DNA of 64,000 nucleotides from positions 64,001 to 128,000 of the forward strand of contig CAWBKP010000011.1 in NCBI GenBank assembly GCA_963789395.1, written 5' to 3'. The translations under genes were made by a program, and so were the position numbers. The notes under the pieces are model-generated. The model was not told where the DNA came from, ran no database searches, and saw nothing but the letters and a program-made list of their open reading frames with translations. Of this stretch, positions 20,184 through 30,973 are shown one piece after another; position 1 is the stretch's first letter; every line of letters starts with the position of its first letter. Origin of the DNA: an uncultured delta proteobacterium (GTDB lineage Bacteria > Desulfobacterota > Desulfobacteria > Desulfobacterales > Desulfatirhabdiaceae).

Positions 20184-21413
20184 ATGACCGATACAAAACG
20201 AAAACAATATTTCATGGAACATGCGCAGATGGACTTTGAAACCCAGATTCTCCTCGGTAGCTGTTACTACGGTGCAGCTGACGCCGGGGAAATTCTTGGA
20301 ACGGTTGAACGCATTCCTTCAGGAGATTTCGAAAAATGGTACGAGGCGTGGTTTGCAATTGCCGAGCGCCTGCAGGGAATTGCCGAGCAGAGTGCCTCAT
20401 CAGGCAATCGCGTCAGCGCAAGAAAGGCGTTTCTTCGCGCCGCCACCTATTTTTCAGCATCCGCCGTATTTATTGACGGGACAAAGGACCCTTCAAGGGG
20501 CATCCCTGCCTGGCAGCGGCATCTGAATTGCTGGGAACGTTTCTGTTCTTACATGAATCCGCCGGCTGAGAAGGTGGGCATCCCTTACGAAGATGTCCTG
20601 ATGCCAGGGTATTTTTTTCGTCCCGAGAACGCCGGCAGCCCTTTGGCCACGATCATCTTTAATAACGGCAGTGACGGCCCCACCTCCGGAATGTGGCATT
20701 GCGGCGTAGCCGCAGCGCTTGAGAGGGGATATGCCGCCCTGGTTTTTGACGGACCGGGCCAGAATTCTCTGTTGTGGTTACACAATATTCCTTTCCGCCA
20801 CGACTGGGAAAAAGTTATAACTCCGGTAGTTGACTTCCTGCTCAAGCGAGAAGACGTTGACCCGCACCGGGTCGTCCTCTCGGGGATAAGTCAAGGAGGC
20901 TACTGGGTCCTTCGCGCCCTGGCATTCGAACACCGGATTGCGGCCGGGATTGCAGACCCCGGGGTGATGGATGTATCCGTGACATTTTTCTGCAATCTTC
21001 CGCAGGAAATGCGTGACCTTCTTGACCAGGGGAAAGAAAAAAAATTCAATGACGCCATGGATGAGGGCCTCAGGTACGCCGGCGATGCGGTACGACAGAG
21101 CGTGGAATGGCGACTGAAACCTTACCTCACGGATAGCTATTATCAGCAGTTCAAGCTTGTCCGGCAATACAATGTACGGAATATCATCAATCGGATTCAA
21201 TGCCCCATGTTCATTGCCGATCCCGAGGACGAGCAGTTCTGGCCCGGACAGTCCAAAGAAGTCTATGATGCGCTTGTTTGTCCAAAAACCATCGTACCTT
21301 TCACAGCTGGGGAGGGAGCCAATTGGCATTGCGAACCAAAAGCCCGCGGTCTGTATGATCAGCGCATGTTCGATTGGCTCTCCACGGTTTTACCCGAAAA
21401 ACGCTTGCCGTGA
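20184..21413 (+). CDS. Alpha/beta-fold serine hydrolase
   Basis: NGSDG, FDGPGQ, GISQGG nucleophile elbow, C-terminal WHCE. Confidence 0.85.
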   Translation: MTDTKRKQYFMEHAQMDFETQILLGSCYYGAADAGEILGTVERIPSGDFEKWYEAWFAIAERLQGIAEQSASSGNRVSARKAFLRAATYFSASAVFIDGTKDPSRGIPAWQRHLNCWERFCSYMNPPAEKVGIPYEDVLMPGYFFRPENAGSPLATIIFNNGSDGPTSGMWHCGVAAALERGYAALVFDGPGQNSLLWLHNIPFRHDWEKVITPVVDFLLKREDVDPHRVVLSGISQGGYWVLRALAFEHRIAAGIADPGVMDVSVTFFCNLPQEMRDLLDQGKEKKFNDAMDEGLRYAGDAVRQSVEWRLKPYLTDSYYQQFKLVRQYNVRNIINRIQCPMFIADPEDEQFWPGQSKEVYDALVCPKTIVPFTAGEGANWHCEPKARGLYDQRMFDWLSTVLPEKRLP

Positions 21414-21421
21414 ATATTCAC

Positions 21422-21450
21422 TTGACAATGATGTCTTTTTTCCGGACAAT
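21422..21450 (+). promoter_or_regulatory. sigma70 promoter of cobalamin operon
   Basis: TTGACA (21422-21427)-17 bp-GACAAT (21445-21450), directly before the riboswitch. Confidence 0.65.
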
Positions 21451-21455
21451 AAGGC

Positions 21456-21619
21456 ATCAGGTGCAGCACAGACTGCATAATAGGGAATCCCGTGAAAGCC
21501 GGGAGCGGTCCCGCCTCTGTAATCAGGGACGAACGCTGCAAAATGTCACTGCAAGGAATAAGCCTTGCGGGAAGGCGCAGTCAGTAGGATGATCTGAAAG
21601 CCAGAAGACCTGCCTGATC
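21456..21619 (+). ncRNA. Cobalamin (AdoCbl) riboswitch
   Basis: AATAGGGAATCCCGTGAAAGCCGGGAGCGGTCCCGCCTCTGT, CACTG...GGGAAGG, B12 box AGCCAGAAGACCTGCC; upstream of cbi genes. Confidence 0.95.
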
Positions 21620-21688
21620 GTGAATGGCCGAAATCTGCGGAAACAGAAGACGGCAGTGGTATTTTCCACGGGCAAAGAAGCCGGGTGC

Positions 21689-21730
21689 AGCCCTTCAGAT
21701 TCTTATGAATTTGAAGGGCTTTTTTATTTT
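21689..21730 (+). terminator. Intrinsic terminator, probable riboswitch expression platform
   Basis: AGCCCTTCAGATTC/GAATTTGAAGGGCT stem followed by a T-run. Confidence 0.8.
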
Positions 21731-21793
21731 TTAACGGCGGGCCAAGAATGTGACATCTCTTTTTTTGGCTGCGCCGGCGACAAAGGAATCCCC

Positions 21794-22601
21794 ATGGCAA
21801 CACACCGACCGGCCCCAGTAAAAAAATGCATTCTGCTGGTCGCTTTCGGAACCCTCACCCCCCAGGCACAGGCTGCCTATCAGCTTATCGAACGGAAGGT
21901 GCAGGCCGCTATTCCCGATATTCCGGTTCGTTGGGCGTTTACTTCGGTCGTTATGCGAAAAAAGCTGACCGGGGCGGTCCTGCATGCGGACTCGGTGGAA
22001 ATGTCACTGGCCCGGATGATGGGTGAAGGGGTTACCCATGTGGCGATTCAAGCGCTTCATGTTATTTCGGGGAAAGAGCATCATGATCTGGCGTTCAACT
22101 GCCGTCTTTTTGGCCAAATGCATGGCGGGTTCCGGCAGGTGATGATCGGCTTGCCGCTTCTTGGAACCGGTGATGACATGGAAAAAGCCGCTGCTGCCCT
22201 GCTTTCGGAACTCCCCCCGGAAAGAACGCCGCAGGAGGCTGTTATTTTCATGGGACATGGTTCTGCCCATCCGGCAAATACCGGTTATACGGCACTGATG
22301 TATCATCTTCAGCAGGCGGACCCCAATATTTTTGTAGGCACGATGAGCGCAGGCATTACGGGTATTTGCACCCAGCTCCGGAAACAGAACATCACTTCGG
22401 CATATCTGCTGCCCTGCCTGGCCGTTGTCGGGAACCACACGCTCAAGGATATGGCCGGTGACAATGAAGCTTCCTGGAAATCCGTTCATAGAAAAACACG
22501 GTATTTCCTGCAAACCGGTTTTAAAGGGTCTTGCCGAATACGAGGCAATCGTCGATATCTGGGTGGACCATCTGAAAACAAGCGTTGGCGCGTTATCATG
22601 A
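21794..22601 (+). CDS. cbiK: Sirohydrochlorin cobaltochelatase (frameshift near 22487)
   Basis: ILLVAFGT, FMGHG, VVGNH; corrected C-terminus ...LKGLAEYEAIVDIWVDHL ends TGA 22599-22601. Confidence 0.88.
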
Positions 22602-23650
22602 ACCGCTTTTTTCAAAGCCTCGGCCAGAGAATCTACTGGCAGCTTCTGGCGCTGTCCCTGATGCTCGCCGCGCTGGTGGTGCTTTCCAGCAGCCTGGGAT
22701 ATATGCGTATTTCATTTTACGATGTGCTGCGGATTGTTCTGGCAAAACTGCTGGGAATGGATTCTTTGCTGGATGGCGTCAATTCGCTGTTTCCGGTCGT
22801 GATCACCGATGTCCGGCTGCCACGGATTCTGACAGCCGCCGCAGTGGGAGCGGGACTGGCCCTTTCCGGCGTCGTATTCCAGGGAATTTTGCTGAACCCT
22901 CTGGCAGATCCCTACACGCTGGGGGTATCTGCAGGCGCAGCCCTCGGGGCGTCTTTCGCCTTGTGGCTGAACATCGGCATCTGGGGAATCTGGTCTGTTC
23001 CGCTCTTTGCGTTTATCGGATCCGGTCTGACGCTGATGGCGGTCATTTATCTGGCCTCTTCCAGCTCAGGCCTGTCTTCCAGCAACCTGATTCTGTCCGG
23101 TATCATTGTTTCGGCCATCCTGTCCGCCGGCGTCAGCTTTATCAAGTACATGGTCGATGAACAGGTCAGCGTGATCATCTTCTGGCTGATGGGCAGTTTC
23201 GGCTCCAAAACCTGGTCTGATGTCTGGCTGACCCTTGGCGCCCTTGGCGCTGGTCTGGCAGTCTGCGGATTTTTTTCCAGAGAGATGAACGTGATGGCCC
23301 TCGGGTCGCGAACCGCCGCATCCCTGGGCGTGGATACCCAAAAAGTCCGGATGATTCTTCTGATCACCGCATCGCTGGTTTCGGCCGTCTGCGTGTCGGT
23401 ATCGGGAATAATCGGTTTCGTGGGGCTGCTGGTGCCCCATATCATGCGCACGCTCAGCGGACCGGACAACCAGCGGCTGATCCTGGTCTCGATATTCGCC
23501 GGCGCCATTCTGCTGCTGGGCGCGGACACCCTGACCCGGGCCGTGCTGCCGCACGAAATCCCCATCGGGGTGCTGACCGCACTCACCGGAGGGCCTTTTT
23601 TCTGTTATATTTACCGGAAACGGCAGACTGGCGGCATCCATGACGATTGA
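22598..23650 (+). CDS. FecCD/BtuC-family ABC permease
   Basis: RLPRI, NPLADPYTLGVSAGA, AASLGVD, IGFVGLLVPH. Confidence 0.92.
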   Translation: MNRFFQSLGQRIYWQLLALSLMLAALVVLSSSLGYMRISFYDVLRIVLAKLLGMDSLLDGVNSLFPVVITDVRLPRILTAAAVGAGLALSGVVFQGILLNPLADPYTLGVSAGAALGASFALWLNIGIWGIWSVPLFAFIGSGLTLMAVIYLASSSSGLSSSNLILSGIIVSAILSAGVSFIKYMVDEQVSVIIFWLMGSFGSKTWSDVWLTLGALGAGLAVCGFFSREMNVMALGSRTAASLGVDTQKVRMILLITASLVSAVCVSVSGIIGFVGLLVPHIMRTLSGPDNQRLILVSIFAGAILLLGADTLTRAVLPHEIPIGVLTALTGGPFFCYIYRKRQTGGIHDD

Positions 23651-24428
23651 GACCGAACAGGTCTGCTTCGGCTATGGCAGGCATCCGGCTGTCAGCAACG
23701 TATCCTTTAAACTAGAAGCCGGCGCGTTTTACGGAATACTGGGCCCGAACGGCTGCGGCAAGACAACGCTGGTGGATCTGTTGATCCGGCACCGGACACC
23801 GGATGCAGGCATCATTACCTATCAGGGCAAACCGCTGGCGCAATACAGCAGAAAACAGATTGCCCGCAGATTCGCCCTGGTGCCCCAGCAGTATGCGGTC
23901 AATTTTCCGTTTACATCGCGCCAGGTTGTCATGATGGGCAGATATCCCCACCTTGGCCGGTTTGCGTTTCCGGATCCGGAGGATCACCGCCAGGTGGACG
24001 ACATCATGGACCAGACCGGCACCAGAGAATTTGAAAACCGGTACATTTCGGAGTTGAGCGGCGGAGAGCGCCAGCGGGTGATATTCGCACGGGCGCTGGT
24101 TCAGAACACGCCGGTGCTGATCCTGGACGAAGCCACATCCAATCTGGACATTTCCCATGCGATTTCGCTGTTCAGCCTGGCGTTTCAGCGGGTGACAGAT
24201 GAAGGCAAAACAGTGATTGCGGTCATGCAGGATATCAACCTGGCCGCTTTGTTCTGTCAGTATCTGATCCTGATGAAAAACGGCCGGGTGGTTCATTACG
24301 GCCCCTGCGATCAGGTACTGACCGAAAGCACGATTCAATCGGTTTTTCAGGTAAAAGCCAAGGTCTATGAAGACACCTATGCCAACGCCAGACAAGTCGT
24401 GTTCAACCGGAGTTCCCATGTCTCATGA
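23640..24428 (+). CDS. ABC ATPase (FecE/BtuD type)
   Basis: GPNGCGKT, LSGGERQR, LDEATSNLD. Confidence 0.92.
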   Translation: MTIETEQVCFGYGRHPAVSNVSFKLEAGAFYGILGPNGCGKTTLVDLLIRHRTPDAGIITYQGKPLAQYSRKQIARRFALVPQQYAVNFPFTSRQVVMMGRYPHLGRFAFPDPEDHRQVDDIMDQTGTREFENRYISELSGGERQRVIFARALVQNTPVLILDEATSNLDISHAISLFSLAFQRVTDEGKTVIAVMQDINLAALFCQYLILMKNGRVVHYGPCDQVLTESTIQSVFQVKAKVYEDTYANARQVVFNRSSHVS

Positions 24429-25401
24429 CAATGCGGGCTGGAAGAAACGCCGGTCCCAGGATTATTTCAAGGCAGTAAGGACGCGCTTTTTTCAAAGACG
24501 CATGATCCGAAAGGTTCTATGGGTATTGATTTTTCTGGCAGTCTCGGCTGCCAGCGGGTTCTGCGACAATGTCATTACAGACGATATGAATCGCAAGATC
24601 ACCGTAAAGGCCCCCTTTTCGCGAATCATTTCGCTGTATCCCGGCCACACGGAAAATCTATTTTCACTCGGGCTTGATGCTGAAATCATCGGCGTTTCCC
24701 CCAGCGAGACATATCCGGAAAAAGCCCTGACAAAACCGGTTTTTTCCTATCACGACGATCTGGAGAAATTTCTGGGCGCCCGGCCGGACCTGGTGCTGGT
24801 TCGGCCCATGATCGACCGGGGATATGCCCGGCTTCTTGCAGGGCTTGAAAAAAACGGCATAACGGTAGTCTCGATTCAGCCCGGAAATATCGATGAGATT
24901 TACCGCTACTGGCAGACGCTCGGCGCTTTGACCGGCAAACAAGCCCAAGCCGACCGGCTTGTCGCCGGTTTCAAGGAATCACTGGCTGCCATTGGCGAAA
25001 AGGTCCGGAAAATCAGTCCCCGGAAAAAAGTATATTTTGAGGCCATTCATGATCGCATGAAAACATTTTCGCCCGATTCCATGGCGATTTTCGCCGTCGA
25101 TACCGCAGGTGGAATCAATATCGCCACAGACGCCGAACCGGTTCGCGGAACCAATATCGCGGCATACGGGAAAGAACGGATTCTCTCCCATGCCGCTGAA
25201 ATAGATGTTTTTCTGGCGCAATCCGGACCCATGAACCATGTCACGGTCGAAATGATTCAAAACGAGCCGGGTTTTTCCGTGATCAAGGCTGTTCAGAACC
25301 GTCAGATTTATCTGATCGATGAATTGCTGGTATCAAGACCGACGGTGAGGCTTATCGATGGCATTCGAACCATCTTTAAAGTACTTTACCCGGATATGTA
25401 G
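24418..25401 (+). CDS. Periplasmic binding protein (BtuF/TroA-like); start may be 24502
   Basis: RIISLYPGHTENLFSLG, RPDLV, LVSRPTVR. Confidence 0.88.
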   Translation: MSHDNAGWKKRRSQDYFKAVRTRFFQRRMIRKVLWVLIFLAVSAASGFCDNVITDDMNRKITVKAPFSRIISLYPGHTENLFSLGLDAEIIGVSPSETYPEKALTKPVFSYHDDLEKFLGARPDLVLVRPMIDRGYARLLAGLEKNGITVVSIQPGNIDEIYRYWQTLGALTGKQAQADRLVAGFKESLAAIGEKVRKISPRKKVYFEAIHDRMKTFSPDSMAIFAVDTAGGINIATDAEPVRGTNIAAYGKERILSHAAEIDVFLAQSGPMNHVTVEMIQNEPGFSVIKAVQNRQIYLIDELLVSRPTVRLIDGIRTIFKVLYPDM

Positions 25402-25405
25402 TCGA

Positions 25406-25578
25406 GCCTGAACAGAACGGCCGTTCAGGCAAAATTCGAATATCGAATATCGAAATCCGAAATAAATTCAAAATTCCAATGTTCAAATGTGGCAGTTTGA
25501 AAACCGACAGCTCTGAGCATGAAATATAATTAAGCTATTAATCATTGTTTCGAATTTCGATATTCGGATTTCGAATTT
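25406..25578 (+). repeat. Hairpin plus 7-bp-period palindromic repeat element, copy A
   Basis: GCCTGAAC/GTTCAGGC hairpin, then AAATTCG-AATATCG-AATATCG-AAATCCG arm (25432-25464) with inverted arm at 25546-25578 (28/33 match). Confidence 0.8.
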
Positions 25579-25595
25579 AATTCTTAAGGAGTATC

Positions 25596-26957
25596 GTGAT
25601 CAAAGGAATCGTTGTAGCAGGAACCCAGAGCGGGTCCGGAAAAACCACCCTCACGCTGGCCATCCTGGCTTCGCTGATGCGCCGGGGATTTCGGGTGGCA
25701 TCGTTCAAGGTGGGGCCGGACTTTATTGATCCCGGCCACCATACCCGGATTACCGGTACGGCCTGCCGCAACCTGGATGGATGGATGCTATCAAAATCCT
25801 GCAATCAGGAAATTTTCAGCCGCCATGTCAACTCTGCGGATGTGGCGGTTGTTGAAGGTGTCATGGGTCTTTTTGACGGGTATGACGGCAAAACCGAGGC
25901 GGGCTCAACCGCACAGATGGCCAAATGGCTGAACCTTCCGGTGCTTCTGGCGGTCAATGCCAAAAGCATGGCCAGAAGCGCGGCGGCACTGGTTCATGGC
26001 TTTGAGACATTTGATCCCGAGCTGCGGTTTGGCGGGGTCATCTTCAACCAGCTGGGCAGCAGCCGGCACCTGAATTATCTGAAGGATGCGCTTTCAGGCC
26101 ATGTTCACATGCCCTGCCTGGGAGGGCTGCTGCGAAATGCGGATATCGCCATACCGGAAAGGCATCTGGGGCTGGTTACCCTCCAGGACCACCGCCTGTC
26201 GCCAACCGCCATCAGCCAACTGGCCGATTTCATCGAATCGGCCGTTGACATGGATGCACTGATGGCCTGCTTTTCAGATATCCATATTGATCCGCAACCA
26301 GCACCCCGACCGCCGGTATCCGCCAGGGTTAAAATCGGGGTGGCCATGGATCAGGCATTCTGTTTTTATTATCCGGACAATCTGGAAGCGCTTGCGGCAG
26401 CAGGCGCTGAAATCGTGCGGTTTTCTCCCATTTCGGATTCCCGCCTGCCGGAAGGGCTGGACGGCATTTATCTTGGCGGCGGTTATCCGGAACTGCATGG
26501 GGAAACGCTGGCTGCAAATTCAAATTTGCGGTCCCAAATTCTGGCGGCCAGCCGGAAGGGAATGCCCATATATGCGGAATGCGGGGGACTCATGTATCTT
26601 TGCAGGGAACTGGCGGATATGGATGGCCGGAACCATGCCATGACCGGATGTTTTCCATTTTCCACCCGGATGCTGCAGCGCCTGAAAACTCTGGGATATC
26701 GGGAAATTACCCTCAAGAACGATACAATTATAGGACAGGCTGGCCAGAAAATTCGCGGACATGAATTTCATTATTCAGAAATCATCCCCCCGTCTCAGTT
26801 TCCGGGCGTGTATGTGGTAACGTCCCGATTCGGGGAATCCATGGTCGAGGAAGGATTCCAAGTGAATAACACCCTTGGCAGTTACATACACCTGCATTTC
26901 GGCAGCCAGCCTCTCGCTGCCGCTGCATTTGTTCAAGCGTGCCAACAGCACCGCTAA
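25596..26957 (+). CDS. cbiA: Cobyrinate a,c-diamide synthase
   Basis: SGSGKTT, FKVGPDFIDP, EGVMGLFDG, GGGYPE, AECGG, GHEFHYS. Confidence 0.95.
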   Translation: MIKGIVVAGTQSGSGKTTLTLAILASLMRRGFRVASFKVGPDFIDPGHHTRITGTACRNLDGWMLSKSCNQEIFSRHVNSADVAVVEGVMGLFDGYDGKTEAGSTAQMAKWLNLPVLLAVNAKSMARSAAALVHGFETFDPELRFGGVIFNQLGSSRHLNYLKDALSGHVHMPCLGGLLRNADIAIPERHLGLVTLQDHRLSPTAISQLADFIESAVDMDALMACFSDIHIDPQPAPRPPVSARVKIGVAMDQAFCFYYPDNLEALAAAGAEIVRFSPISDSRLPEGLDGIYLGGGYPELHGETLAANSNLRSQILAASRKGMPIYAECGGLMYLCRELADMDGRNHAMTGCFPFSTRMLQRLKTLGYREITLKNDTIIGQAGQKIRGHEFHYSEIIPPSQFPGVYVVTSRFGESMVEEGFQVNNTLGSYIHLHFGSQPLAAAAFVQACQQHR

Positions 26958-26985
26958 CCATCAGCCAGCACCCAATAGGAACACT

Positions 26986-27606
26986 ATGACGCCAAACGAA
27001 ATCGAAACCCAAAGCTTTACCATCATCGATACCGAGGCCGGTCCCCATTCTTTTTCCTCGGACGAATGGCAGATTGTGCGAAGAATGATTCATACGTCGG
27101 CCGATTTTGACTACATGAAAACCGTCCGGTTTCACCCGGATGCCATTGATAAGGGAATTGAGGCCATCGGCAGGGGAAAAGCCATCATCACCGATACCAA
27201 TATGGCCAAGAGCGGCATCAATGCCGCCGGCCTTGCGCGTTTTGGATGCCGGGTCACCTGCCTGATTCAGGATCCAGAGGTATGCCGGAGTGCACAGGAT
27301 ACCTCAACTACACGGGCTGCAGCGGCAGTGGACGCCGCAGCGGCGGAAATGGAAGGCGGCATCTATGTTGTCGGCAACGCCCCGACCGCACTGCTACGCC
27401 TGCTCGAACTGATTCACGCCGGCCAGGCACGCCCTGCCCTTGTCATCGGGCTTCCGGTCGGCTTCGTGAATGCCGCGGAATCCAAGGCGGATCTGATGGC
27501 CATGGACTTTCCCAGCATTTCCAATACCGGCAGAAAAGGCGGCTCAACGGTTGCCGCTTGCGTGGTGAATGCTCTGGTTAAACTGGCAACAGCAAAATTG
27601 TCCTGA
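26986..27606 (+). CDS. cbiC: Cobalt-precorrin-8 methylmutase
   Basis: RRMIHTSADF, VGNAPTAL, PVGFVNAAESK, GRKGGS. Confidence 0.95.
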   Translation: MTPNEIETQSFTIIDTEAGPHSFSSDEWQIVRRMIHTSADFDYMKTVRFHPDAIDKGIEAIGRGKAIITDTNMAKSGINAAGLARFGCRVTCLIQDPEVCRSAQDTSTTRAAAAVDAAAAEMEGGIYVVGNAPTALLRLLELIHAGQARPALVIGLPVGFVNAAESKADLMAMDFPSISNTGRKGGSTVAACVVNALVKLATAKLS

Positions 27607-27659
27607 AACTTGATATAACAAACTTTTCTACAAATTGTCATATTCATCGAGGTGATCGC

Positions 27660-28385
27660 ATGAACCAACAAACAGGAACATTATATGGAATCGGCGTGGG
27701 ACCCGGAGATCCGGAACTGCTGACGGTAAAATCAGCAAGGATTCTCTCCGAAGTTGATGTCGTCTTTGCCGCGGCATCCACGAAAAACGATTACAGTCTG
27801 GCGGTCAATATCGCCGGCCCGCATATCCCCACAGGAACCGCCGTGCGGATACTGCAGTTTCCCATGACCAAGGACAAGGAAGAAACCTGCAAGGCATGGA
27901 AAGCCCATGCCGAAACTATCATTTCGGAATTGGAACAGGGGAAAAATGTGGCGTTTCTGACCCTCGGGGATCCCATGACATACTCTACCTATGGGTATAT
28001 CCTTAAGAATATTCAGAAAATGGCTCCTCAGATTCCCATCACGACCATTCCCGGCATCACGTCCTATCAGGCGGCGGCAGCCTGCATCAATACACCGCTG
28101 GTGGAAGGCGAAGAATGCCTTCTGGTGGTTTCAGGGGTCAACGGGGGGGATCGTCTGCGCCAAATAACGATGACGCCGGAAAATGTCGTTTTCATGAAGG
28201 CGTACCGCAACATTAAAGACATCAATGCAGCCCTGGAAAGCGCTTCCGGATTTACCCAATGCGTCGGGGTCTCCAACTGCAGCCTTCCGGACCAAAAAAT
28301 ATACCCGGACACCCGCGAATTCAATGGACGCAGCCCGGAGTACTGGACCCTGATCATCGCAAAGCAATCCAAAAACAATGCTTAA
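27660..28385 (+). CDS. cbiL: Precorrin-2/cobalt-factor II C20-methyltransferase
   Basis: LYGIGVGPGDPELLTVK, FPMTKD, TLGDPMTYST, IPGITS. Confidence 0.92.
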   Translation: MNQQTGTLYGIGVGPGDPELLTVKSARILSEVDVVFAAASTKNDYSLAVNIAGPHIPTGTAVRILQFPMTKDKEETCKAWKAHAETIISELEQGKNVAFLTLGDPMTYSTYGYILKNIQKMAPQIPITTIPGITSYQAAAACINTPLVEGEECLLVVSGVNGGDRLRQITMTPENVVFMKAYRNIKDINAALESASGFTQCVGVSNCSLPDQKIYPDTREFNGRSPEYWTLIIAKQSKNNA

Positions 28386-29489
28386 ATCCGGCTTTACAAC
28401 CGGAACCGCTGCTGCGGCCGCGGCCAAGGCCGCACTGACCCGGATTGTTTCCGGCGCTGATCCGGATTCCGTGGATATTCTGCTGTTGACCGGAGACAGG
28501 ATCCGGATTCCGGTTCATAGCTGCAAGCTGATTTCCGGCAGCAGGGCTGTCGCATCCGTCATCAAGGATGCCGGCGATGATCCGGATGTCACGCACCGGG
28601 CGGAAATCGGCGCGATCGTGACTCTTTGCCATAGAACCGTAGATTTCAGAAGACCGGAATGCCTGAAATAGACGCAGACGCCTTGAATATCCGGATCACA
28701 GGCGGTGAAGGTGTCGGACAGGTCACGCTTCCGGGTCTCGAAATTCCGCCAGGGCAGGCCGCCATCAATCTTGGCCCCCGAAAAATGATCGTCCAGGCCA
28801 TTGAAGAGGTATTGGGTGAACAGCCTGTCAATGCCGATGGTAACATGTTGAGGTCTTTGTGCCCAAAGGAAGGCTTCTGGCTGAAAAAACCCTGAACGCC
28901 AGACTTGGCATTCTCGGCGGCATCTCCATACTGGGAACCACCGGCATTGTCCGGCCCATGTCCCATGAAGCCTATGAGGCAACCATCGTCTCGTCACTGT
29001 CCGTGGCACGGGCAGGCGGCTGTGGCCGGGTGGTGCTGACTACCGGCAGAAGAAGCGAGCGCTTTGCCCAATCGGCGATGCCGGATCTGCCGGAAATCGC
29101 CTTTATCCAGATAGGCGATTTTTTTAAAATTTCTCTGGAAGCGGCCGCCCAAAAAGGAATTGCCGGGATTACGCTTGCCGTATTATTCGGAAAAGCGGTG
29201 AAAATGGCCCAGGGGTTTGCCCATACCCATGCAGCCAAATCCGATCTGTCTCTGGCCGTCCTGTCCGAATGGGCCATGGAGGTTACGAGCGATCAGGGAA
29301 TTCAGCAGGCGCCTGGGAATGGCCAACACCGCCCGCGAAGCCTTGTCCATGATCATGGAAATCCATCCGGCCCTGATTTCGGATGTCGGCAGGCGCATGA
29401 TTCTCTCCGCCCGCAGGTTCAGCGGATCGCATGTCGCTCTTCAGGGGATGATTTTTGACTACACCGGCAAGGTGTTATACAGTGCCTGA
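28378..29489 (+). CDS. cbiD: Cobalt-precorrin-5B C1-methyltransferase (about 3 frameshifts)
   Basis: [52 protein letters not shown]. Confidence 0.92.
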
Positions 29490-29553
29490 ATGGCAAGCTC
29501 GATCAGGCACCATCCGAAATTCAATAATGGAACGCATACGCCCAATATCAAGA

Positions 29554-30821
29554 ATGACCACTCATATCAGATCGAAAACACACAGCCCGGATCACCCTAA
29601 AGTCATCGTCATCGGGATGGGACTGTCCCCGGATGACCTGACGGCAAGACACCTGGATATCATCCGCGGAGCGGACATCCTGATAGCCGGCAAACGCCAC
29701 CTGGCCGGCTTCAAGGAGCATTCCGGGATTCAGAAGGAAATCACCCGTGATATTCAGGAACTGACGGAATTATATCCGGCCAGCATTTCAAGGCGCATCA
29801 GATTGTGGTGCTGGCGTCAGGGGATCCGCTTCTGTTCGGTATCGGATCGGCGATTATCGATGCGCTGGGGCCGGATCAGGTGGAGATTCATCCCAACATT
29901 TCCTCGATCGCGGCAGCTTTTGCGCGAATCAAGGAACCCTGGCAGGATGCCCGGATCATCAGCATGCACGGCAAAAAAGCTGAACATGCACTTCTGAGTG
30001 CTGTTGCGGAAACCGCACTTGTGGCGGTGTTGACCGACCCGAACCGAAATCCGGCATGGATCGCCGGACTTTTGCTCCGCGATCATCATCTGAATTCAGT
30101 TCGCATCTGCGTCCTGGAACAACTGGGCACAGCCGTCTGAAAAAATATCCTGGCATTCCCTGGAAGAGGCTGCAAAAAAAACCTTTTCCGAGCCCAATAT
30201 CGTTGTTCTCAAACAGACTTCCAAACCGCATTCTTGCCCGGCCTTCATCTGGGAATGCCGGACGATGCTTATGCTCATGAAAATGGTCTGATCACAAAGT
30301 CGGAAATACGGTCCATCAGCCTTGGCAAACTCAAACTTCTGGCCCATCATGTCCTGTGGGATCTGGGCGCGGGAAGCGGATCCATCGGCATCGAAGCCTC
30401 TCGGCTGGTCCCCCGCGGCAGAATCGTGGCCATTGAACAGCATCCGGAGCGCATCCGGAACATCGAATGCAACCGATTGCGCCATGGCGTTGCTAACATG
30501 GAAATCCATCAGGCGACGCTTCCGGACGGGCTCCAGGATCTGCCGACTCCGGACCGCATTTTCATCGGCGGCGGCGGCAGGAAGCTGGAAACCATCATCC
30601 GTTCGGCTGCCGGGTATTTGCATCCCGATGGCATTCTGGTTGTAAATACCGTACTGATTGACAACCTGACCGTGGCGCTGCGCACATTGAAAGATCTGGG
30701 CTTTTCGACCGAAACTGTCCAGATCCAGGTCAGCCGCAGCAAGGACATGCCCTGGAGTCAGCGGTTCGAAGCCCAGAATCCGGTGTGGATCATTACCGGA
30801 ACCCGGCAAATTGCCGGATGA
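29554..30821 (+). CDS. cbiET: Fused precorrin-6Y C5,15-methyltransferase (CbiE+CbiT; frameshifts)
   Basis: VIVIGMG, LASGDPLLFGIG, ITKSEIR, WDLGAGSGSIGIE, IFIGG. Confidence 0.9.
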
Positions 30822-30859
30822 TCACAGAAGCGTGGTTTCAGACTCATTGCATGAACCAT

Positions 30860-30938
30860 TTTTAATTTAGAATTTTGAATTTGTTTCGAATTTCGTATTT
30901 CGATATTCGAATTTTGTCTGAACGGACCTTTGTTCAGG
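30860..30938 (-). repeat. Hairpin plus 7-bp-period repeat element, copy B (inverted relative to copy A)
   Basis: Reverse complement CCTGAACAAAGGTCCGTTCAGACAAAATTCGAATATCGAAATACGAAATTCGAAACAAATTCAAAATTC aligns with about 25407-25477. Confidence 0.8.
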
Positions 30939-30973
30939 ACATTATAACCTTAACCCTGTTTTGGAGGATTTCC

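Noticed and set aside
21620..23650. 676-aa CbiK-permease fusion in the ORF track
   Set aside because: One indel near 22487 explains it: the shifted frame gives the normal CbiK C-terminus ending at 22601 with an ATGA overlap onto the permease. The 5' extension runs through the riboswitch terminator.
25432..25578. CRISPR array
   Set aside because: 7-bp periodic inverted arms with no repeat-spacer structure and no cas genes.
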